DNA of 64,000 nt from an uncultured Bacteroidales bacterium. Its GTDB lineage: Bacteria; Bacteroidota; Bacteroidia; Bacteroidales; B18-G4. The notes beneath the pieces are model-generated. The model did no database searches, was not told where the DNA came from, and saw nothing but the letters and a program-made list of their open reading frames with translations. Positions 56,911 to 64,000 of this stretch are shown one piece after another (the first letter of the stretch is position 1; every line of letters starts with the position of its first letter). The DNA lies in contig CAYOLA010000041.1 in assembly GCA_964404735.1 (NCBI GenBank), positions 1,310-65,309 on the forward strand. Reading direction: 5' to 3'. The translations under genes and the position numbers were made by a program.

Positions 56911-57749
56911 TGAAAAAAACACTGACCCTTTCCGGCCTTGCACTTCTGCTTGCATGTGCATTTTCGTGCAAGAAAGGGAGCATAGAGACAAATTACAATC
57001 CCAGTCTGATCGTGGCCAACAATCAGGTGATCGCCGAACGTGCCTATTCACAGGTTTTCAACATCTTTTTCATGGTAGTGAATGATTCGACGCTCAAAGC
57101 TGATGGCAGCAATGAAATTTACGGAGCCCACTGCAGTTACGAAGCTTCACCCGTAATACGCTACATGATTGATTACCTCCCATGGTACAGTCCCTGTCCC
57201 GACGGCAAGGTACGAAAGGGGATAATCACTGCCACGCTTGATAAAGACTTTGCTTTGCCCGGGGCTTCGGCAGTACTGACATTTTCGGGTTATACCGTTG
57301 ACGGCCTGCTCCTGGAAGGCAATAATATCATCGTTAACGATGGGCTTAACGAAGCCTTGCAACCCGTATACAGCCACCTGGTGCCATCCGGGGTGGTCAA
57401 CCTTGTTGATTCACTCTCACAAAGTTCTTTTCGCTGGGAGTCGGAAAAGACCTTTACTTTGGTAGACGGAAATGCAAGCCCGGAGAATTACGACGATGAC
57501 ATTTTCATGATCAGCGGCAGCGCCACCGGCACAGCGGTAAACAATGCCGTTTTCGGGGCTTCCACAACGGAAGCGCTGGGCAATTATCTCGATTGCCGGT
57601 GGATCAGGACGGGCATCACCCTGCTCAGCATGCCCGGGCTTGACGTAAACAGCGGAAGCATTCATTATACGGGTACCGACAGTTGTCACAATCTGGTGAC
57701 CTATTATTTTAATGAAAATCCCTTTTTCGAAAGGTTTGAAAGACATTAA
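56910..57749 (+). CDS. Hypothetical lipoprotein
   Basis: It has a signal peptide with lipobox (LLLAC/AFSC) and no recognisable domain. The start ATG shares one nucleotide with the folA stop (TGATG). Confidence 0.5.
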   Translation: MKKTLTLSGLALLLACAFSCKKGSIETNYNPSLIVANNQVIAERAYSQVFNIFFMVVNDSTLKADGSNEIYGAHCSYEASPVIRYMIDYLPWYSPCPDGKVRKGIITATLDKDFALPGASAVLTFSGYTVDGLLLEGNNIIVNDGLNEALQPVYSHLVPSGVVNLVDSLSQSSFRWESEKTFTLVDGNASPENYDDDIFMISGSATGTAVNNAVFGASTTEALGNYLDCRWIRTGITLLSMPGLDVNSGSIHYTGTDSCHNLVTYYFNENPFFERFERH

Positions 57750-57802
57750 AAGCAGACCCGCCATTATTCCTGCAATATTTAACGTCCTCTGAAAACCTCC
57801 CC

Positions 57803-57825
57803 TTCCGGCTTCGCCGGGGTATTTT
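57803..57825 (+). terminator. Weak terminator-like hairpin after the lipoprotein gene
   Basis: TTCCGG-CTTCG-CCGGGG (4 GC pairs plus 2 G-U pairs) followed by TATTTT. Confidence 0.3.
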
Positions 57826-57878
57826 AAACTTTACATTGGGTTTTTTTGTATTTTTCAAGCCGCAAGGGAAAAAACGAT

Positions 57879-58457
57879 ATGCACAGAGTAAAAAACACCA
57901 AAGCACTTTCACCGGTATTAAAATTCATTTTTATACGTCTCTTCCCGCTGTTATTCATCGCCGCCGGGGCGGGTGTCGTCTATTATGGCATTGATGAGTT
58001 TATGCGCGCGAAGGAGAGCACAGACTGGCCGGTTACCGAAGGCAGGGTGATCGCGTCATCCGTCACACTGCACCGGGACGACATCCGGCACAAGGACAGG
58101 GTGGGCAACACCTATCACGCCAAAATACTGTATGAGTTCTCTGTCAAGGATATACTCTACCAGGGAAACAGGATCGCAGCCGTCGATTATGGCATGAACG
58201 ACCCGGCCCATGCCAGGCGGCTGGTGCAACATTACCCCGAGGGGAAGGTTGTTAAAGTGCATTATAAGCCCGGTAATCCGGAAGTATGTTTGCTGGAGCC
58301 CGGCATACAAAAGTTGTCGTGGCTGATGCCGGGGGCGGGACTGGCTTTTTTCCTGGCAGGTATCATTATGGCGGTCTTCCTTCCGATACTGGTGCGAAAA
58401 CAGGGACAGGCATCGCAGGATGAACATGGCGATGGTTGGCCGTATTCTGAAGCGTAA
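57879..58457 (+). CDS. DUF3592-like membrane protein
   Basis: An N-terminal TM helix is followed by WPVTEGRVIASSV....Y...ILYEFSV......G.RI and then a C-terminal TM helix, which is the DUF3592 layout. The start is uncertain (57846 or 57879). Confidence 0.5.
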   Translation: MHRVKNTKALSPVLKFIFIRLFPLLFIAAGAGVVYYGIDEFMRAKESTDWPVTEGRVIASSVTLHRDDIRHKDRVGNTYHAKILYEFSVKDILYQGNRIAAVDYGMNDPAHARRLVQHYPEGKVVKVHYKPGNPEVCLLEPGIQKLSWLMPGAGLAFFLAGIIMAVFLPILVRKQGQASQDEHGDGWPYSEA

Positions 58458-58477
58458 GCCGGGGGAACAGGGGTAGC

Positions 58478-59758
58478 CTAGCGCCCGATGACCTGCCGGC
58501 TGATATTCCCGCCAGGGGTTTTCACCGCCAGAAAATACAAACCTGCCGGAAAATGCCAGCGTATTGAATAACTGCCATCGCTCCGCGGCATAGCGGAATA
58601 AACAAGCATCCCGTTTGCATCATAAATCCTGAGCACACGATTGCTGGACCCGTCACCCGTATACTGAACATGGAATTCCTGTCCCTGATCCACCGGGTTC
58701 GGGTATGCCCTTAAATCCCCGGGAAAAGCCTCCTGTTCCTGCACGGCAGTCAACAGGTCTTCATCAAACAATTGCATGGTGATGCAATGCAATGCTCCTT
58801 CCCATCCGATGATCTTATTGCAGTTAATGCCAACGATCTCATGGCCGGGCATCAATTGCTGATAGGTATCAATGGCCACAGAATCCAGTGGATGGTTGTA
58901 GACAGGAACCAGCACTTTATCGTTGAGGATAAGGCTATTTGTATATGTTTTCCAGTTCTCAGCCATCGGAAGCCTTTCAATCCTGTATGACTTCCCATTG
59001 GGTGCCGTAAGCGCAGCAATACGGGCATAATTATTTTCAAGGGTGTCGTAATTCGGGCCCGACCAGGAATCGACGCTGGAAATGACAATCGTGGTATCGT
59101 CGAGCAATTTCATCTGCATGTCAATATGGCCCCAGTAATCGTTATGCTGCGCCGATACGGTAACAATGTTATTTATTCCGAAATAGGATGAAAAATCTGC
59201 ATCGATGGTTGCCGGCGGATAAGCCGGGTTATTGGAATAGAGCCTTGTTGTGGTAAAGAGTGTATGATGGCCATCGACCATAAAATTACCACCGCAAAAA
59301 ACATATGGCAGGCCATAGGAATCCAACCCCCATGCATTTGCAAGCTTCACAGGGAGGTCTTCACTGAGACCGCTGTTGGCCAGATCATCCAAATCGATAT
59401 AAACGGCCGCATCGCCTGAAAAGACGGCCAGTGGCCCGTGGTCGCGTATCCATATGCGCGGCTCGCACGACACATGGACAAATTCGATATTCTCCATGGG
59501 CACACTGTCGCCGATGAGTTGCTGACTGATCATCATTTCCTCATCCTGTCCGTTTACGACCATGATCACCGTGGCAGCTTCGCTGCATTCCATGATGAGC
59601 GTGGAGTAAAGGTCCCAGGTGTACTGGTTGAAATCCCATTCGATAAGCACTGCCTTTGCAGGAGCGTATTCAGGGGGGGTAAACGGGTTTAACGGCTGGG
59701 AAAGGGAAAAGCCTGCCATCAGGAAACCCAGCATGAAGGTGGTAAAACTTTTTAGCAT
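58478..59758 (-). CDS. Secreted agmatine deiminase / Porphyromonas-type peptidyl-arginine deiminase family protein with T9SS C-terminal sorting domain
   Basis: It has a signal peptide. The deiminase core ends in GWEGALHCITMQ (catalytic Cys). The C-terminal roughly 80 aa, AYPNPVDQGQEFHVQY...LRIYDANGMLVYS...GLYFLAV, form a T9SS type-A CTD. Confidence 0.75.
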   Translation of the reverse strand: MLKSFTTFMLGFLMAGFSLSQPLNPFTPPEYAPAKAVLIEWDFNQYTWDLYSTLIMECSEAATVIMVVNGQDEEMMISQQLIGDSVPMENIEFVHVSCEPRIWIRDHGPLAVFSGDAAVYIDLDDLANSGLSEDLPVKLANAWGLDSYGLPYVFCGGNFMVDGHHTLFTTTRLYSNNPAYPPATIDADFSSYFGINNIVTVSAQHNDYWGHIDMQMKLLDDTTIVISSVDSWSGPNYDTLENNYARIAALTAPNGKSYRIERLPMAENWKTYTNSLILNDKVLVPVYNHPLDSVAIDTYQQLMPGHEIVGINCNKIIGWEGALHCITMQLFDEDLLTAVQEQEAFPGDLRAYPNPVDQGQEFHVQYTGDGSSNRVLRIYDANGMLVYSAMPRSDGSYSIRWHFPAGLYFLAVKTPGGNISRQVIGR

Positions 59759-59794
59759 AAAAATTATCTCAGCGCATTAAAACTTATATGATTC

Positions 59795-61057
59795 TCAGGT
59801 TTTCTGTTTTTGTTTTTTGGCCGCCGGGAATAGAATATTATTCAGGATCAGCCGGTATCCCGGCGAATTCGGATAGAGTTCCAGTTCCGTAGGCGGGTCG
59901 CCCACCAGGTGCTGGTAATCTTCGGGATCATGTCCGCTGTAAAATGTCCAGGTGCCGTTTCCAAACTCACCGTGGATATAACGGGCTACGTTCAATGCCT
60001 TGTTATCTCCCATGATCAGCACTTCGGGCTTGATATAGTCTTTCACAAAGCCCGTGGTCTGCCCCATAAAGCCCCTGATCACCTGCGTATGGTTCTGGCA
60101 AAGCATGGTTGGTACGGGGTCCCATTTAGCCGAAAACTCGAACAGGGTAAAAAAGTCGTTCTGTTCCCTTACCGAACGCGACACCTTTTGTGTAGCGTCG
60201 ATGCTCGAGATCTCATACTCATAAGGATTGGTGCTGATGATAAAATCTGTAAATGCAAAACATTGCGAATAATCGAGTTTCGACTGGGCATCGGGATCCA
60301 TGGGGTCGCCGTCGAACATCACATCGCAAATATCAACGCCATCGGCGGCCAGCGCCACGTCGTAGCTGTCGGGAGCCGAGCACATAGCAAAAAGATATCC
60401 GCCGCCAGCCACATATTCCCTGATCATTTTAACCACGGCCAGCTTGCATTGCGACACCTTTTCAAAACCCAGTTCCCTGGCCATGGCTTCCGAGGTTCGC
60501 TGTTCCTCTTTATACCACTGATAGTCCTTGTATCTGGCCCAGAACTTGCCATACTGCCCGGTAAAGTCTTCATGATGAAGGTGCAGCCAGTCATAGAGGG
60601 GGAGCACGCCCTGCAGGATTTCAGGATCATAGATCACATCGTAGGGGATCTCGGCATAGGTGAGCACCAGGGTCACGGCATCGTCCCAGGGAAGTTTATT
60701 CTTGGGTGTATAAACCGCAATTTTCGGAGCCACATGCAATTTGATCTCATCCATGTTGACCTCCGGCTGCGCTATTTCCTGCAGAATGGCAGCAGCCTGC
60801 ACATCGGCGATGACCTGGTAGTTTACCCCGCGGATCACACATTCATTCTCGATAAGCTGGTGATGGGCGCACATGAAACTGCCGCCGCGGTAATTCAACA
60901 ACCAGCTCACCTCCACATCCTGCTCCAGCACCCAGTAAGCGATGCCGTATGCTTTCAGGTGCTCACGCTGTGTATCGTCCATGGGGATGAGAATATATGC
61001 AGCGCGTACCTGGAATAAAACGGTCATCAGAAGGATGATCAGTAAGAATCTTTTCAT
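59795..61057 (-). CDS. Secreted hypothetical protein (possibly class-I glutamine-amidotransferase/DJ-1-like fold)
   Basis: 420 aa with signal peptide ...FQVRA-AY. The GGYLFAMCSAPDS segment is reminiscent of a nucleophile-elbow Cys. No confident family assignment is possible. Confidence 0.4.
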   Translation of the reverse strand: MKRFLLIILLMTVLFQVRAAYILIPMDDTQREHLKAYGIAYWVLEQDVEVSWLLNYRGGSFMCAHHQLIENECVIRGVNYQVIADVQAAAILQEIAQPEVNMDEIKLHVAPKIAVYTPKNKLPWDDAVTLVLTYAEIPYDVIYDPEILQGVLPLYDWLHLHHEDFTGQYGKFWARYKDYQWYKEEQRTSEAMARELGFEKVSQCKLAVVKMIREYVAGGGYLFAMCSAPDSYDVALAADGVDICDVMFDGDPMDPDAQSKLDYSQCFAFTDFIISTNPYEYEISSIDATQKVSRSVREQNDFFTLFEFSAKWDPVPTMLCQNHTQVIRGFMGQTTGFVKDYIKPEVLIMGDNKALNVARYIHGEFGNGTWTFYSGHDPEDYQHLVGDPPTELELYPNSPGYRLILNNILFPAAKKQKQKT

Positions 61058-61198
61058 GGTGTCAAGAATAATTTAAGATGATAAACAAAATGTCAAAGCC
61101 GGTGTTCATCCGGCGGAGCCGATAAAAACAAGAACAGCGGCATATGGTATTTATGTCGCGACCGGCATTCACAAAGATAAAACGAAAAACACAAATGC

Positions 61199-63079
61199 TT
61201 ATTCTCCGCCATCCAGCCTTTCGAATACCGAATTCCTGCTTTTGAATTCGGGCACGATGGCCTTCATCATTTTCACGATGCCGAATCCATCCATGCTGTC
61301 GCGAAAACCGGTAAGCTCATCCACCATTTTGCTGATTGCGGGCAGATCGAAAGTTTCTTCGCGGGCGATCATGATCAAAGGATGATGCGTGGGTAGTGTA
61401 TTTTCCCGGTCGTTGAGGAGCTCTTCGTAGAGCTTTTCGCCCGGGCGCAGTCCGGTAAATTTGATCTGTATGTCGCTGCCGAGGGTAAGGCCCGAGAGCA
61501 TGATCATTTTTTTGGCGAGGTCGACGATACGGATCGACTTCCCCATGTCGAAGATGTAAATTTCGCCTCCTTTTCCCATGGCTCCGGCTTCGAGCACGAG
61601 CTGGCAGGCTTCGGGGATCGTCATAAAGTAGCGGGTGATCTCAGGATGCGTTACGGTTACCGGACCGCCCTTACTGATCTGTTCCCTGAACAGTGGTATT
61701 ACGGAGCCGTTCGATCCAAGAACATTGCCAAACCGCGTGGTGATAAAACGTGTGCCATTCCTGCTGTTCATTGCCTGTGTGTACATCTCGGCAATACGTT
61801 TTGAAGCGCCCATCACGCTGGTAGGCTTCACAGCCTTGTCGGTAGAGATTAGAATAAATTTCTCAGCCCTGTAACGCACGGCCAGGTCGGCCAGAATGCG
61901 TGTGCCGTGGACATTGGTATGCACGGCCTCCGACGGGTTGGTCTCCATCATGGGCACATGCTTGTATGCTGCGGCATGGTATACCAGCTGGGGTTCGAAA
62001 TCCCTGAAGATATTCTCCATCCGCTGCCGGTCGCAAATGTCGGCTACAATGATCTCAATATCTTTGGTCCCGAATTTTTCGGCACATTCCAGTTCAAGGT
62101 GAAAGAGTGGGCTTTCGGCCTGATCGACCAGGATCAGTTTTCCGACCGAATAGCCGGCTACCTGCCGGGTAATCTCGCTCCCGATCGAGCCACTGGCGCC
62201 GGTAATGAGCACCCTGCGACCGGCCAGGTCTTTGCTCACCTGTTCATTATTGAGGCTGATCACATCGCGCCCGAGCAGATCCTCGATCTTCACCTGCCTG
62301 ATCTGTCTGAAGCTCAGCTCTCCATTGATCCACTGCGATACAGGAGGAACATTCAGTACCCGGGCATTATACTCCAGGCAGGTTTCGATGATCTCCTGTT
62401 TTTTTGACTGGCTGAGGTTTTGCGGACTGATGATCACCTGTGCACCCGGCCATCGCTGCAGTAGGCCGGCCAGCTTGCGCATGGGATAAATGCTCACTCC
62501 TTCCATCTTCTTGCCCACTTTGCCGGGAAGGTCATCAATAAACGCCACCACGCGGTAGTTGATGCTTGCATCCTTGTCGAGGGTGCGCTTGGCGATGAGG
62601 CCGGCCTCACCGGCACCAAAAACAATGACCTCCGAACGCTTGCCCGAAGGCGTTGCCATCTCCATGTATGCTACCTTCACAACCATCCTGAAGGCTGTCA
62701 TGATTAGGATGGTGCTGATAAAATCAATAATGATGATAGAGAAAGGAATGAAGAACAAGCCGTTCACAAAATAATAGGTAACCAGGTTGGTCATCACAAA
62801 GAGGATACTCCCGCTGACCACTACAAGGAAAATGCGAACCACGTCATCAGTACTGGTATATTTGATGATACCCACAAAAGTGCGCCCGATGAGAAAACCA
62901 AGCAGTCGCACTGCCGCGATATAGGAAAGTACGCGGGGGAAGGCCTCCATTTCAACGGCCGGAATATCAAAATTGAACCTCAGCAGGTAAGCCAGCACCA
63001 CGGAAGCCACCACGATAAACATATCGACGATAAGGATGGCAACACGCGGGATATTTTTTATGGGCCCGAGCGTCATCAT
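61199..63079 (-). CDS. Polysaccharide biosynthesis protein, CapD/PglF/WbpM-type membrane-anchored NDP-sugar 4,6-dehydratase
   Basis: 626 aa. Four N-terminal TM helices are followed by two Rossmann motifs (VIVFGAGEAG and VLITGASGSIGSE) and YKHVPMME. Confidence 0.9.
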   Translation of the reverse strand: MMTLGPIKNIPRVAILIVDMFIVVASVVLAYLLRFNFDIPAVEMEAFPRVLSYIAAVRLLGFLIGRTFVGIIKYTSTDDVVRIFLVVVSGSILFVMTNLVTYYFVNGLFFIPFSIIIIDFISTILIMTAFRMVVKVAYMEMATPSGKRSEVIVFGAGEAGLIAKRTLDKDASINYRVVAFIDDLPGKVGKKMEGVSIYPMRKLAGLLQRWPGAQVIISPQNLSQSKKQEIIETCLEYNARVLNVPPVSQWINGELSFRQIRQVKIEDLLGRDVISLNNEQVSKDLAGRRVLITGASGSIGSEITRQVAGYSVGKLILVDQAESPLFHLELECAEKFGTKDIEIIVADICDRQRMENIFRDFEPQLVYHAAAYKHVPMMETNPSEAVHTNVHGTRILADLAVRYRAEKFILISTDKAVKPTSVMGASKRIAEMYTQAMNSRNGTRFITTRFGNVLGSNGSVIPLFREQISKGGPVTVTHPEITRYFMTIPEACQLVLEAGAMGKGGEIYIFDMGKSIRIVDLAKKMIMLSGLTLGSDIQIKFTGLRPGEKLYEELLNDRENTLPTHHPLIMIAREETFDLPAISKMVDELTGFRDSMDGFGIVKMMKAIVPEFKSRNSVFERLDGGE

Positions 63080-63141
63080 AATTCAGCATTCAAAAGTACA
63101 TAAAAACAATTTGAGGCCATGACACATTGAAGACTATTTCA

Positions 63142-63149
63142 TACTTTTG
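63142..63149 (+). promoter_or_regulatory. Candidate -7 box TACTTTTG upstream of gcvT
   Basis: It matches TAnnTTTG 34 nt upstream of ATG 63184. Confidence 0.45.
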
Positions 63150-63183
63150 TGCCTTCGGTCAAAAATAAAAAATTCCTTATATT

Positions 63184-64000
63184 ATGAAAAAAACAGCATT
63201 ATCAGGTATTCACGAAGAAATGGGTGCCAGGATGGTACCATTCGCAGGATTTCTCATGCCGGTGACCTTCGAAGGCATCAATGTTGAACACCAAACGGTT
63301 CGCAAGGGTGTGGGCGTTTTTGATGTTTCACACATGGGCGAATTCTGGGTGAAGGGCCCGAAGGCCTTTGAATTCGTTCAAAAGGTGACCAGCAACGACG
63401 TGGCAAACCTGACAGACGGCAAGGTACAGTACAGTTGTTTCCCGAACGGACGGGGCGGCATCGTCGACGACCTGCTGGTATACCGAATCAACACTGAGAC
63501 ATACCTCCTGGTGGTGAATGCGGCCAACATCAGCAAAGACTGGCAGTGGTGCCTTGAACAAAACAGTATGGGTGCCGTATTGTATAATGCTTCCGATGAA
63601 ATATCGCAGCTTGCCGTTCAGGGCCCCAAAGCCCTGGAAGCCATGCAGCAACTTAGCAGTGAACCCATCACCGGGATGGAGTATTACACCTTCAAAAAAC
63701 TCAATTTTGCAGGGGTAAACGATGTTATTCTATCCACAACAGGATATACCGGTTCCGGTGGTTGCGAAATTTACATGGCCAATGCCGATGCCGAAAAGAT
63801 ATACCGTGCCGTATTGGAGGCCGGCAAAGAATACGGCATCAAACCCATCGGCCTCGCCGCCAGGGATACACTCAGGCTCGAAATGGGGTTCTGCCTTTAT
63901 GGCAACGACATTACCGACAGCACCTCCCCTATCGAAGCCGGGCTGGGCTGGATCACAAAGTTTACCGACGGCAACGACTTTATTGACAGGCCTTTCCTTG
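63184..64000 (+). CDS. gcvT: Glycine cleavage system T protein (aminomethyltransferase), 3'-truncated by the window end
   Basis: This ORF is not in the ORF track because no stop codon falls in the window. My translation from ATG 63184 reads [59 protein letters not shown]..., a canonical GcvT N-terminus. The frame stays open to position 64000. Confidence 0.9.
   Translation, partial: MKKTALSGIHEEMGARMVPFAGFLMPVTFEGINVEHQTVRKGVGVFDVSHMGEFWVKGPKAFEFVQKVTSNDVANLTDGKVQYSCFPNGRGGIVDDLLVYRINTETYLLVVNAANISKDWQWCLEQNSMGAVLYNASDEISQLAVQGPKALEAMQQLSSEPITGMEYYTFKKLNFAGVNDVILSTTGYTGSGGCEIYMANADAEKIYRAVLEAGKEYGIKPIGLAARDTLRLEMGFCLYGNDITDSTSPIEAGLGWITKFTDGNDFIDRPFL

Noticed and set aside
59909-61018. 369-aa ORF on the plus strand
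   Set aside because: It is antisense to the signal-peptide-bearing 420-aa ORF. Its sequence is repetitive in His, Gly and Ile with no start context or motifs. I treat it as a shadow ORF of a gene with strong codon periodicity.
1-64000. Search for CRISPR repeats, IS elements, transposases, integrases, toxin-antitoxin or restriction/defence genes, tRNA and rRNA
   Set aside because: Visual inspection of ORF products and intergenic regions found no direct-repeat arrays, no recombinase, nuclease or defence-type domains, and no tRNA-like or rRNA-like segments. The absence is not proven without tRNAscan, Rfam or repeat finders.

Overview
This 64-kb window looks like a chromosomal segment of a Bacteroidota-type bacterium. 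Supporting signs are T9SS-type C-terminal sorting domains, many lipoprotein or signal peptides, TAnnTTTG -7 promoter boxes, few Shine-Dalgarno sites, a split transketolase and a membrane pyrophosphatase. I call about 58 protein-coding genes. I recognised no rRNA, tRNA, CRISPR array, transposase, integrase or phage genes. From 11.3 kb to the end the content is mostly housekeeping: a complete seven-gene Mrp cation/H+ antiporter, GT-C-like membrane glycosyltransferases, a cold-shock protein, an EF-G paralog, a DEAD-box helicase, an acyl-CoA ligase, ParE, Nnr, RlmD, AroK, a split transketolase, a GH3/beta-lactamase-fold fusion, a rhomboid protease, GcvP, GcvT (cut by the window end), ThyA, FolA, HppA, a NupC-type transporter, an M19 dipeptidase and a CapD-type dehydratase. 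The standout is the first 11.2 kb, where 14 co-directional genes sit with gaps of 57 nt or less or with overlaps. This block has three parts. (i) An exported part holds four rhodanese proteins (six rhodanese domains) and an outer-membrane porin. (ii) An inner-membrane and cytoplasmic sulfur relay holds YeeE, two TusA proteins and a DsrE-like protein. (iii) A Qmo-like redox module holds a stand-alone MvhD-like protein, two HdrA-type flavoproteins, a tiny winged-helix protein, and a QmoC/HdrE-type FeS plus heme-b membrane subunit. No AprAB, Sat, DsrAB, HdrBC or LbpA partner is visible. Two of the exported rhodaneses end in the pentapeptide GGCGG, which is the SoxY carrier-arm motif, and the porin carries an internal GGGCGG. 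I interpret this as a candidate undescribed sulfane-sulfur (thiosulfate, polysulfide or S0) uptake and respiration or oxidation system. The function is inferred from domain content only. All calls rest on motif and architecture recognition by eye, because no searches could be run.
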